64,000 bases of DNA, taken from NCBI GenBank assembly GCA_035633215.1, contig DASQFI010000045.1, positions 153,068-217,067 on the forward strand. The letters are read 5' to 3'. Shown here piece after piece: positions 45,702 to 55,195 of the stretch. The DNA comes from Vicinamibacterales bacterium (GTDB lineage Bacteria; Acidobacteriota; Vicinamibacteria; Vicinamibacterales; SCN-69-37). Numbering within the stretch: position 1 is the first letter of the stretch; each line of letters starts with the position of its first letter. The position numbers and the translations under genes are program-made. The notes beneath the pieces were generated by a model. That model was not told the origin of the DNA, ran no database searches, and saw nothing but the letters and a program-made list of their open reading frames with translations.

Positions 45702-48188
45702 ATGCATATCTCACGGACGATTCTGGCCGCCCTCGCCATTGGCGTCGCCGCTGGAGCTGCGCCGGCGCTCCAGACCCCCTCGCCGCGCGAGGCGGCGTCG
45801 GCCGGCGATCCCACCGCGCATCTGAAGGCGTGGGACACGCACAAGGCGATGACGCAGTCGTCGCCGTACCGCACGATGAACTGGTCGTACCTCGGGCCGA
45901 CCAACATCAGCGGCCGCATGACCGATGTGGCCGTCGCCGATCGTGGCGCGTCACGCCGGCTCTACGCCGGAAGCTGCTGCGGCGGCGTCTGGGCATCCGA
46001 TGATCTCGGCCAGACGTGGCAGCCGGTGTTCGACGAAGAGGCCTCGACGAGCGTCGGCGCGCTGGCCGTCGCGCCGTCCAACCCCGACATCGTCTGGGTC
46101 GGCACCGGCGAGTCGAACATCTTCCGCAGCTCGTACACCGGCGTTGGCGTCTACAGGTCGACCGACAACGCGAAGACGTTCCAGCACATGGGCCTGACAG
46201 ACAGCGGGACGATTGGCCGCGTCGTCATCCATCCGACCGATCCGAACACCGTCTACGTCGCATCCGCTGGCCAGGAGTGGCTGGAAAACGAGATGCGCGG
46301 CGTGTTCAAGACGACGGACGGCGGCCGCACGTGGACGCAGTCGCTGAAGATCAGCCCGAAAACCGGCGCGAACGATCTCGCGATGGATCCGAGCGACGCG
46401 AACGTCCTCTACGCCGCGGCGTGGGAGCGGCAGCGGCGCAAGTGGAACGACCCGCGGGTCGAGCCGGGCTTCAGTGAAAGCGGCATCTTCAAGACGACCG
46501 ATGCCGGCAAGACGTGGACGCGGCTCACCAAGGGGCTGCCGGCCGCCAACGTGCTCGGACGCATCGGCGTCGCGGTCGCGCCATCGAATGCCAACATCGT
46601 CTACGCGTTCGTCGACAACTACGACTGCGACACGCAGGGCGCGGCGGGGGGCCGAGGCCAGAATCCGGGCGGCAGCGCGTCGAGATGTCCCATCAAAGGC
46701 AATGAGGTCTACCGATCCAACGACAAGGGCGCGAGCTGGACGCTCGTGAGCGGACAGGACGACACACAGCGGGCGTTCATGAAAGGGATGTCGAACACCT
46801 ACGCGTGGGTCTTCGGCAACATCCGCGTCGATCCCACTGACGAGAACACTGTGTACACTCTCGCCCTGGGCGTCAGCGTCTCGAACGATGGCGGGAAAAC
46901 CTTCCGCCGCATTGGAACTCCGCCGCCTGGTGCGGTGGCTGGTGGGCCCCCAGCCGCAGGTGCTCCACCGGCAGCCGGTGGTGGTGGTGGGCGTGGCGTC
47001 GGCGGCGACAATCACGCCATGTGGATCGATTCCAAGAACACCAAGTTCATGCTGGTCGGCAACGACGGCGGTTTCCGCATCTCGAACGATGGTGGCCAGT
47101 CGTGGCGCCGGGCCGAACTGCCGACGGTGACGGTCTTCAGCATGGCGCACGACATGGACACGCCGTTCCGGGTGTACGGATCGGTGCAGGATCACGGCAG
47201 CTATCGGGCGGCTATCGATCTCAGCAGTGGCCGCGAGAACTTGAAAGCCATTCCGTGGGAGAGCGCGCCCGGCGGCGAGTACACCCAGCACGCGGTCGAT
47301 CCGAGGAACCCGAACATCCTGTACTCCGGCAAGCTGACTCGGACGGATTACAGCATTCCCGCCGCGCCTCGGGGCGGCGGTGCGGGCGATGCTGCGGGGC
47401 GTGCCGGCGGCGCAGGCGCCGCAGGTGCGGGAGCGCCGGCGGGCCCGCAACGCGACAAGAGCATCCGCCCCACTGTCGCACCGGGCGAGAATCCGCTGCG
47501 CATGCAAGTCCTGGCGCCGATCCATCTCTCACCGCACGATCCCGACACGGTCTACTTCGGCACGCAGTATCTCTACCGCTCGCGCGATCGCGGCGACACG
47601 TGGGAACGGGTGACGGGCGACATGAGCTACGGTGACAAGACGCGGCTCGGCGACATTCCGCACCAGCTCGTCATCACCATCTCTGAGTCGCCGAAGAAGA
47701 AGGGGCTCATCTATACCGGCACTGACGACGGGCGTCTGTACGTATCGGTGGATGACGGCAAGGAGTTCAGGGAATTGACGGCGGGCCTGCCGAAGAAACA
47801 GTGGATCGCGAAGGTGCTGGCGTCGCAGCACGACGAGGCGACGGTCTATGTCGCGCAGCAGGGGCGCTATGACGAGGACTTCGCGGTGCGTCTCTACAAG
47901 TCCACCGACTACGGCAAGACGTTCACGAGCATCGCCGGCAATCTGCCGGGCGGGCCGATCAACATGATTCGCGAGGACCCCGTGAACGCGAGCGTCCTCT
48001 ACACGTGCAACGACGTCGGCGTGTACGTGACGACCAACGGCGGCGCACAGTGGGACGTGCTCGGCGGTAACCTGCCATCGGTCAACGTCATGGACTTCAT
48101 CGTGCACCCGCGCGACCGCATGCTCGTCATCGGGACGCACGGCCGCGGCGTGTGGGCGATCGATGTGAGCAAGATCGGCGCACGATAG
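45702..48188 (+). CDS. Secreted VPS10/BNR (Asp-box) beta-propeller protein
   Basis: Signal peptide; W..LGPTNISGRMTD; many SxDxGxTW boxes; ends LVIGTHGRGVW. Confidence 0.87.
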   Translation: MHISRTILAALAIGVAAGAAPALQTPSPREAASAGDPTAHLKAWDTHKAMTQSSPYRTMNWSYLGPTNISGRMTDVAVADRGASRRLYAGSCCGGVWASDDLGQTWQPVFDEEASTSVGALAVAPSNPDIVWVGTGESNIFRSSYTGVGVYRSTDNAKTFQHMGLTDSGTIGRVVIHPTDPNTVYVASAGQEWLENEMRGVFKTTDGGRTWTQSLKISPKTGANDLAMDPSDANVLYAAAWERQRRKWNDPRVEPGFSESGIFKTTDAGKTWTRLTKGLPAANVLGRIGVAVAPSNANIVYAFVDNYDCDTQGAAGGRGQNPGGSASRCPIKGNEVYRSNDKGASWTLVSGQDDTQRAFMKGMSNTYAWVFGNIRVDPTDENTVYTLALGVSVSNDGGKTFRRIGTPPPGAVAGGPPAAGAPPAAGGGGGRGVGGDNHAMWIDSKNTKFMLVGNDGGFRISNDGGQSWRRAELPTVTVFSMAHDMDTPFRVYGSVQDHGSYRAAIDLSSGRENLKAIPWESAPGGEYTQHAVDPRNPNILYSGKLTRTDYSIPAAPRGGGAGDAAGRAGGAGAAGAGAPAGPQRDKSIRPTVAPGENPLRMQVLAPIHLSPHDPDTVYFGTQYLYRSRDRGDTWERVTGDMSYGDKTRLGDIPHQLVITISESPKKKGLIYTGTDDGRLYVSVDDGKEFRELTAGLPKKQWIAKVLASQHDEATVYVAQQGRYDEDFAVRLYKSTDYGKTFTSIAGNLPGGPINMIREDPVNASVLYTCNDVGVYVTTNGGAQWDVLGGNLPSVNVMDFIVHPRDRMLVIGTHGRGVWAIDVSKIGAR

Positions 48189-48200
48189 AACAGTCTGCCT

Positions 48201-48231
48201 CGCAGGGGCGGCGCAGCCGGCCGCCCCTGCG
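48201..48231. terminator. 12-bp GC-rich hairpin between convergent genes
   Basis: CGCAGGGGCGGC-N7-GCCGCCCCTGCG. Confidence 0.55.
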
Positions 48232-48244
48232 GGGGCTCGGCCGC

Positions 48245-48727
48245 CTAGCCGGACACCGCCGCGACGTCGGCCCGCGCCATGGTCCGCGCGCGATTGGCTT
48301 CCGCCGCCGCGTTCACATCCGGTTTCACGTCGCGGAGTGCCGCCGCCAGGCTCATGCGTTTGGCGACGACGCGATCCTTGAGCACCATGAACGGCACTCC
48401 CGTGTTCCGGGCGGCGTGCGCCACAGCCGCGAACTGCTCGCCGTTGCGAAACCCTTCGGCGGCGATCTGCACGTTCGTGCCTTGATTCAGGACGTCCTTC
48501 AGGCGCTTCTGCAGCGCGGGCTCGGAGGCAGGAACGACCGCGGCCGGCATGGAGGTCCGGGCCAATGTCGCCGCGCCAGACGCCGGCCGCGTCGCGGTCG
48601 AGGCCGCCGTCTGCTTCGCGGGACCGCCAGCCGCGTCGCGACTGAGAACGTTCGGGCCAATCCACATGCCGAGCGCGACGGCGCCGACAAACCCCAATGA
48701 AAGAACCGTGGCTCTACCGATCGACAT
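48245..48727 (-). CDS. Membrane-anchored/exported hypothetical protein
   Basis: MSIGRATVLSLGFVGAVALGMWIGP; C-terminal AAEGFRNGEQFAAVAHAARN.GVPF..LK helical domain; SD GAGG. Confidence 0.65.
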   Translation of the reverse strand: MSIGRATVLSLGFVGAVALGMWIGPNVLSRDAAGGPAKQTAASTATRPASGAATLARTSMPAAVVPASEPALQKRLKDVLNQGTNVQIAAEGFRNGEQFAAVAHAARNTGVPFMVLKDRVVAKRMSLAAALRDVKPDVNAAAEANRARTMARADVAAVSG

Positions 48728-48962
48728 TGCACACCTCACTTCCGGGGGCCCGGCTCCAAACACTGCAAAAATCATGTCAGGACGGTCGTTCGGCCAAGTC
48801 ACGCCAGGCCAATCGCTTAGCGATTGACGGCCGGGACCGAGGCTCGTCCCGGTTGTAGATCTTGCGTGTCGACGTGCCACGACGAACCGTTCCTCGACCA
48901 CACCTCGCCAGGTGACCGTGCTCGCGGTCGCAGTACAATGCGCCGGCTTCAGAGCTCGAACC

Positions 48963-51689
48963 ATGCCGCTGGCCGCCGGAACGCGACTCGGTGCGTATGA
49001 AGTGATCGACGCCCTCGGTGCTGGTGGGATGGGCGAGGTCTACCGTGCCCGGGATACCAAGCTCGGCCGCAGCGTCGCCATCAAAGTCATTTCCGAAGCA
49101 TGCCTGTTTGACTCGGATCACGTCGCGCGATTCGATCGCGAAGCCAAAGTCCTCGCCTCGCTCAACCATCCGCGCATCGCGACGCTGTACGGCATGGAGC
49201 AATCGGCCGGCCGTCATTTCCTGGTGATGGAGCTGGTCGAAGGCGAGACGCTGGCCGACCGGCTGCGGCGCGGCGCGATGCCGGTGGCTGACGCGCTCGG
49301 CGTCGCGCAGCAGATCGCGGAGGCGCTCGAAGCTGCGCACGAACGTGGCGTGATTCATCGCGATCTGAAGCCCGCGAACGTGAAGGTCACGCCCGACGAG
49401 CGGGTGAAAGTCCTCGACTTCGGCCTGGCGAAAGCGATCGCGCGCGAGCAGGCGTCGGTCGACACGAACTCCCCGACGCTCAGCATGCGGGCGACGCAAA
49501 TAGGCGTCATCCTCGGCACAGCCGCCTACATGTCGCCGGAGCAGGCGAAGGGCGCCCCGGTCGATCACCGGAGCGACATATTCTCGTTCGGGGTCGTCCT
49601 CTTCGAAATGCTGGCGGGACGGCGGCCGTTTCAGGGCGATACAGCAGCCGATGTGCTCGCATCCGTGCTCGTTCGCGACGCGGATGTGGACTCGCTGTCG
49701 CCCGCACTGAGCCCTCGCCTCCGCGATCTGCTTCGTCGCTGCCTGGAGAAGCAGCCGAAACGACGCTGGCAGGCCATCGGGGACGTGCGAGCGGAGATAG
49801 AGACGATTGCCGCGACGCCCCAGGCGCCGGTTCCATCTGTTCAACCGATAGGCGCGACGCGGCCGTTGTGGAAGCGCGTCGTTCCGTTCATCGGCGTCGC
49901 TGCGCTGGCTTCAGGTCTCACATACCTCGCGGTCTGGCGCCTTCGGCCGGCGGCGTCGCGGCCAGCGGTGGTCAGATTCTCGCTGACCATGTCGGGAGGG
50001 CAGAATTCTGCGGGAGGAGCCGGTCGACGGTTTCTCGCGATTTCCCCCGATGGCACTCGGATCGCTTATTTCTCGGTCGGTCGGCTGTTTCTCCGATCGC
50101 TCTCGGATTTGGAAGCGACCCCGATTCAAGGTGTGGAGACGGCCCAGCAATCGACCAGTCCCGCCTTTTCGCCGGACAGCCAGTCGATCGCCTATTGGGC
50201 CTCCGATCGAACGCTCAAGCGAATAGGCGTCGCAGGCGGCGCCGCGGTCACGATCTGTCCGCTCGCGACGAATCCAATGGGGTTGAGCTGGGATGCTGAC
50301 GGGATCGTCTTCACACAGGGACCACAAATCCTACGGGTTTCGGCGACCGGCGGTAATCCCGAGCTGCTCGTGACCTTCAAGTCGGACGAGTTGGTCGACA
50401 GTCCGCAAATGCTGCCAGATGGCCAGACGGTGCTGTTCACCTTGAATCCAGCCGCCCCCAGCCCCGACTCATGGGACCGAGCTGCCGTGGTCGTGCAGTC
50501 GTTGAAAACCGGTGAACGAAAGACACTCGTGTCGGGCGGCGCCGATGGCCGGTATCTCCCGACGGGCCATCTCATGTACGCCCTGGGCGGGACGCTGCTC
50601 GCGCTGCCGTTCGATCTTCGCCAGATGCGAACCACCGGTCAGCCGGTGCCAGTGGTCGAAGGCGTCAGGCGCGTCACCGGTGGGGCCAGTGGGGCGGCGC
50701 AGGTCACCTTTTCGAACACGGGGTCGCTTGTCTACGTTACCGGCCCGCCCGGCTCGGCGGCGACGCAGTTCGATCTCGCCTTTACGGATCGGAAAGGGAG
50801 CATTGAACCGCTGCGCCTTCCGTCGGCTTCATACGAGTACCCCCGTGTTTCTCCTGACGGGAAACAGATCGCGTTCGGCACGGAAGACAGCAAAGAGGCT
50901 GTCGTGTGGGTCTACGATCTGGCCGCCACGAAGGCGCTGCGCCGTCTGACGTTTGGTGGAAGGAACCGGTTTCCGGTGTGGTCTTCCGACGGGCAGCGGA
51001 TCGCCTTTCAGTCAGATCGAGAGGGCGATCTGGCGGTGTTCTGGCAGCGTGCCGACGGAAGCGGCGTGCCGGAGCGTTTGACAAAACCCGAACAAGGGAC
51101 CGCCCATGTTCCCGATTCGTGGTCACCAGTCGGTGATCCCCTGGCCGTCACGGTTGTCAAAGGCTCGAGCTTTTCGCTCGCGATGCACTCGGTGCGGGAA
51201 GGAAGAACCACCGAGTTCGACAGTGTGAAGTCGAGTGCGCTGCCGACAGCCATGTTTTCGCGAGACGGCCGATGGGTTGCCTACTCATCGTCGGAAGGTG
51301 GGACGGCGGGCACGCAGGTGTATGTGCAGCCGTTCCCGCCAACGGGCGCCAGGTATCAGATCTTCGCCAAGCCTGCCGACAATCCACATCATCCGCTCTG
51401 GTCGCCCGACGGCAAGGAACTCCTCTATGTCCCGCGCGTCGGCGCTTTTGAAGCGGTGAGCGTGATCACCGAGCCAACCCTGGCGTTCGGCAATCCCGCG
51501 CCGGTACCGAGGGTGTTTCCGACGGCAGCGCCAACGACTCCGAGGACGTTCGACATCACGCCGGCCGGCAAGATTGTCAGCGTGATCGTCAGCGGTCAAA
51601 CATCGACCGCCGCTGCGGACCGGCCCGTGCTCCACGTCGTGTTGAACTGGTTCGACGAACTGAACGCGCGAGTGCCTCCGGCACGGTGA
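48963..51689 (+). CDS. Hanks-type Ser/Thr kinase with TM helix and C-terminal PD40/TolB-like beta-propeller
   Basis: [32 protein letters not shown], one TM helix, repeated P..SPDG blades. Confidence 0.93.
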   Translation: MPLAAGTRLGAYEVIDALGAGGMGEVYRARDTKLGRSVAIKVISEACLFDSDHVARFDREAKVLASLNHPRIATLYGMEQSAGRHFLVMELVEGETLADRLRRGAMPVADALGVAQQIAEALEAAHERGVIHRDLKPANVKVTPDERVKVLDFGLAKAIAREQASVDTNSPTLSMRATQIGVILGTAAYMSPEQAKGAPVDHRSDIFSFGVVLFEMLAGRRPFQGDTAADVLASVLVRDADVDSLSPALSPRLRDLLRRCLEKQPKRRWQAIGDVRAEIETIAATPQAPVPSVQPIGATRPLWKRVVPFIGVAALASGLTYLAVWRLRPAASRPAVVRFSLTMSGGQNSAGGAGRRFLAISPDGTRIAYFSVGRLFLRSLSDLEATPIQGVETAQQSTSPAFSPDSQSIAYWASDRTLKRIGVAGGAAVTICPLATNPMGLSWDADGIVFTQGPQILRVSATGGNPELLVTFKSDELVDSPQMLPDGQTVLFTLNPAAPSPDSWDRAAVVVQSLKTGERKTLVSGGADGRYLPTGHLMYALGGTLLALPFDLRQMRTTGQPVPVVEGVRRVTGGASGAAQVTFSNTGSLVYVTGPPGSAATQFDLAFTDRKGSIEPLRLPSASYEYPRVSPDGKQIAFGTEDSKEAVVWVYDLAATKALRRLTFGGRNRFPVWSSDGQRIAFQSDREGDLAVFWQRADGSGVPERLTKPEQGTAHVPDSWSPVGDPLAVTVVKGSSFSLAMHSVREGRTTEFDSVKSSALPTAMFSRDGRWVAYSSSEGGTAGTQVYVQPFPPTGARYQIFAKPADNPHHPLWSPDGKELLYVPRVGAFEAVSVITEPTLAFGNPAPVPRVFPTAAPTTPRTFDITPAGKIVSVIVSGQTSTAAADRPVLHVVLNWFDELNARVPPAR

Positions 51690-51759
51690 TTCCAGTTACA
51701 GACTCCGACGGGAACGCGGTGACGGGCGCTGAAGGTATCATCTGACCGCGGCTGCGGAC

Positions 51760-54441
51760 ATGGCGCTGAATCCCGGCACTCGTCTCGGTGCGTACGAGAT
51801 CGTGGGTGCCATCGGCGCCGGCGGAATGGGCGAAGTCTACAAGGCGCGCGACGTCAGGCTCAACCGCGACGTCGCCGTCAAGCTCCTGCCCAACTCATTC
51901 GCCGGCGATTCCGACCGAATCACGCGATTCCAGCGGGAAGCGCAGGTGCTCGCCTCGCTCAACCATCCGAACATCGCGCAGGTCTACGACGTCGGACATC
52001 TCGACGCCGCTTCCTACCTCGTCATGGAGCTGGTCGACGGTGAGGATTTGTCCGCCGTCATTGCACGAGGCGCGATGGCCCCTTCCGAAGTCCTGCCGAT
52101 CGCGAAGCAGATGGCCCTGGCTCTCGAAGCGGCGCACGAGCAAGGCATCATCCATCGCGACTTGAAGCCGGCCAACATCAAGGTCCGTGCAGACGGCACC
52201 GTGAAGGTCTTGGATTTTGGGCTGGCCAAGGCTCTCGAGCCCGCAGCAGCAGCCAGCATTGACGCCATGAACTCCCCAACGCTGACGAACCGTGCCACCG
52301 AGGCCGGGATCATTCTGGGCACCGCGGCCTACATGGCGCCCGAACAGGCCAAGGGTCGGCCTGTCGACAAACGCGCGGACATCTGGGCATTCGGCTGCGT
52401 GCTTCACGAAATGCTGACTGGGCGGCGCGCGTTTCACGCCCAGTCGGTCGCCGAAACCCTCGGGTTGATTTTCGCGCGCGACGCGAGCGTGCTCGTGAAC
52501 AGCCTGCCGCCCGGAACTCCGGCGGCGCTTCGTTCGCTGATCGCGCGTTGCCTCGTCAAGGATCCGCGCGAGCGATTGCGCGACGTTGGCGATGGACGCC
52601 AGCTCATCGACGATGCAATCGCCGGACGAGGCGAGCCGGTCACAACCGAGCCAACCACAGATCGTAGAGTCGCGTGGTTCAGACGTGTCAGTTTCGCCGG
52701 CCTCCTCGCACTCGTGGCGATCGCGGCGTCAGCTTCGTTCGCCACGTGGCTGGTGACACGACCGGCGGTCGTGCCCACACCGCACATGGAGTTTTCGGTC
52801 CTTGTCCCGACCGAGGCGCCGGTCCGTCGAAACACGGGAGTGGGAGTCGCCATCTCTCCCAACGGCCGCTTCCTCACATACGTTGCCGAACCGCTGGGCG
52901 GTAGAGCGACGGTTCTCTACCTCAGGCGGCTGGACACTTTGGGCGTCAAGCCCATTGAGGGCACCTCAGGTGCGTTCGCGCCCTTCTTCTCTCCAGACAG
53001 CCGCTGGATTGGGTTCTTCACCGACCAGCATGTCATGCGCGTGCCTGTGGCCGGCGGCACGCCGATGCGAGTCACCGACAAGGGTCGCTTCTCGCGCGCG
53101 GCGTGGATGGGCAACGACACCATTGTGCTGGGCACGAGCCAGGCGTTCCGGCCCGGCGCGCTGGCCACGGTGCCGGCGACGGGCGGCACGCCGACGGACC
53201 TCACCACGCTCGGCGCGGGCGAACTGATTCACCAACTTCCGCATCCGCTCCCTGATGGCCGTCACCTTCTTTTCAGCGTGCACGGCGAGAGCGGCGCACA
53301 GCTCGCCGTGACGGAAGCCGGGACCCGCACGCATCGACTGCTGGGCCTTGTTGGCAGCGATGTCCGATACGTCGAACCAGGCTCCCTGATCTTTGCCCGG
53401 GGCACCGCCATGTTCGAGGCGCCGTTCGACCTCGGACGGCTGCAAGTGACTGGACCTGAGACCGGAATCCTCCCGGGCGCGGACGTGTTCGATTTCGGTC
53501 TCGGCATTTCGATTGGCCTCTTCGACATCGATCGGGTCGGCAATATCGCGTACGTTCCCACTGCGACGTCACGAACGAGCCGGCTGATATGGATGGACGC
53601 TTCGGGCCGGCAGTTTCCCATCGGCCTCGAGCCCGCCCGCTACTCCCGTCCGAGAATTTCCCGTGACGGGAGCCGCTTCGTCGTCAGCGTTGTTGGCGAC
53701 GGGATGAGTCAGATCCGTGTGGTGGACATTAAACGGGGGTTGCCCCTCGACCTGGAAACACAGGGATCCGACCCCATCTGGGCGCCGGACGGCACGATCA
53801 CGTTTGCCGGCTCGACCCGACGCGGTCCGGTTGAGGTCGGGCGATTCCTGGCCCGGACGCCCGTCGACACAGGTGCGCCACCCGCAACATTGCTCCAATC
53901 GGACGACCGAGTGTTCATACCCGAGGATTGGGCACCGAATGGCAGCCGATTGCTCTTCTCGTCGAGTTCCCGCCTCGGGCGCCGCGGTCTGGTGGATCGC
54001 AACCTCGAGGTGCTCGTGCCGGGGGCGCCCGCCAAACCTCTCGTCGACTCGCCCGCCGACGAGTCCAACGGCCGGATTTCACCGGACGGGAAGTGGCTTG
54101 CGTATCAGGCGACGTCGTCGGGACGGTCGCGGATTTACGTCCGGCCATTCGACAGACCGGGCGGTACGCAGACCGTGTCCGGTGAGGGTGGGACCAGTCC
54201 AGTCTGGGCTCGCGACGGCGCCGCGCTGTTCTTCGTCGAGGGCGGGATGTTGATGAGGGCGCCCATCGCGGTCTCGCCGTTTGCCATCGGCCACGCGACG
54301 GCCCTCTTCCCGCTACCTGGATCGACCGAAGCCTTCGACGTTGCGCCTGACGGCCGCTTTGTCATCCTGCTCGACAGCGCGGTTGCCGCCGACGAGATCC
54401 GCGTTGTGCTGGGATGGCCCCGCGGCATCCGGGCACGCTGA
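51760..54441 (+). CDS. Second Hanks-type Ser/Thr kinase with TM helix and beta-propeller
   Basis: [38 protein letters not shown], propeller repeats. Confidence 0.93.
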   Translation: MALNPGTRLGAYEIVGAIGAGGMGEVYKARDVRLNRDVAVKLLPNSFAGDSDRITRFQREAQVLASLNHPNIAQVYDVGHLDAASYLVMELVDGEDLSAVIARGAMAPSEVLPIAKQMALALEAAHEQGIIHRDLKPANIKVRADGTVKVLDFGLAKALEPAAAASIDAMNSPTLTNRATEAGIILGTAAYMAPEQAKGRPVDKRADIWAFGCVLHEMLTGRRAFHAQSVAETLGLIFARDASVLVNSLPPGTPAALRSLIARCLVKDPRERLRDVGDGRQLIDDAIAGRGEPVTTEPTTDRRVAWFRRVSFAGLLALVAIAASASFATWLVTRPAVVPTPHMEFSVLVPTEAPVRRNTGVGVAISPNGRFLTYVAEPLGGRATVLYLRRLDTLGVKPIEGTSGAFAPFFSPDSRWIGFFTDQHVMRVPVAGGTPMRVTDKGRFSRAAWMGNDTIVLGTSQAFRPGALATVPATGGTPTDLTTLGAGELIHQLPHPLPDGRHLLFSVHGESGAQLAVTEAGTRTHRLLGLVGSDVRYVEPGSLIFARGTAMFEAPFDLGRLQVTGPETGILPGADVFDFGLGISIGLFDIDRVGNIAYVPTATSRTSRLIWMDASGRQFPIGLEPARYSRPRISRDGSRFVVSVVGDGMSQIRVVDIKRGLPLDLETQGSDPIWAPDGTITFAGSTRRGPVEVGRFLARTPVDTGAPPATLLQSDDRVFIPEDWAPNGSRLLFSSSSRLGRRGLVDRNLEVLVPGAPAKPLVDSPADESNGRISPDGKWLAYQATSSGRSRIYVRPFDRPGGTQTVSGEGGTSPVWARDGAALFFVEGGMLMRAPIAVSPFAIGHATALFPLPGSTEAFDVAPDGRFVILLDSAVAADEIRVVLGWPRGIRAR

Positions 54442-54475
54442 GAGCGGGCGAGCCGGATCCGCGTTGGGCCGAAAG

Positions 54476-54525
54476 TGTTACCTATGTCTCCTGAATGAAC
54501 TGTCACCCATGTGACCGGAATGAAC
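54476..54525. mobile_element. IS481-like terminal sequence (solo end), two 25-bp tandem units
   Basis: TGTTACCTATGTCTCCTGAATGAAC / TGTCACCCATGTGACCGGAATGAAC (20/25 identical). Resemblance to IS481-family ends is from memory; no transposase nearby. Confidence 0.45.
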
Positions 54526-54534
54526 CGTTTGAAG

Positions 54535-54609
54535 TGGTCGGGGCGAGTGGATTTGAACCCGCCTTCGCCTAGGCTCCGGCGGGCAAGCCACCGACCCCTC
54601 GGTCCCGAA
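54535..54609 (-). other. 3' fragment of tRNA-Pro(CGG), putative att site, split by a 30-nt insertion
   Basis: Removing 54560-54589 gives TTCGGGA-CCGAG-GGGTC-GGTGG-TTCAAAT-CCACT-CGCCCCG-A-CCA; tRNA similarity stops exactly at the anticodon loop. Confidence 0.85.
54560..54589. repeat. 30-nt REP-like insert in the T-arm of the tRNA fragment
   Basis: CGCCTTCGCCTAGGCTCCGGCGGGCAAGCC interrupts otherwise contiguous tRNA sequence. Confidence 0.6.
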
Positions 54610-54691
54610 GCGGCCAGGAATTGCGGGTCCTGAACGACTAACACGCGTCTTTCCGTGCCTTCCATTGGTCCCGTCGCGCCCCGTTGGACGC

Positions 54692-54731
54692 CCATTGGTC
54701 GGGTTGAACCGGAAACCTTTCTCAAAGTTTC
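54692..54731 (+). repeat. 40-bp direct repeat, copy 2
   Basis: Identical to 45060-45099; lies about 80 bp inside the putative island end. Confidence 0.95.
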
Positions 54732-55195
54732 TCAATTTGCCGCACCCCGTTTTCGAAGCCCGTCTCGCGGCCTGAGACAACCGGGACATCTCACAGTTGC
54801 GCGGGAGCCCGCAACTGAGGGAAGTACCGGTTCGGCTATCGTCATGATTGCAGCCAACGGGGCTCTGGGCAACCATCGCGAGTCCCAGTCCTAATCGTCC
54901 GCGCGTGCTACCATCCCGCGCGCGTTTGAGCAAATCTGGTTAGGCTTTCGAGACGAGGCACCCAAATCGCGTCGCCAGGTGGCTCGCCAAGAGCGGTTCG
55001 CTCATGCGGGTCCAACAGCGGCCACCCAAGCAGACAGATATGCGTCGAGTCCGTCGTGCGGTGGTCCATTGACGATGCCTTTGAAGGCTTTGTCGAAAGG
55101 TGGGTTTGGCCAACCCGTCCAACACGCAACCGCCGCGAGCTGTGCTGCTAGCTGCGACGGTCTGAGTCTCACCCCTCAGCCCTGGAGCCCCAGTC

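Noticed and set aside
54535-54609. Functional or intron-containing tRNA-Pro
   Set aside because: The 5' half is absent, and the insert is in the T-arm and too short for a self-splicing intron.
54740-55195. Short ORFs between the 40-bp repeat and the STAND gene
   Set aside because: No recognisable motifs or start signals; probably intergenic or decayed sequence.
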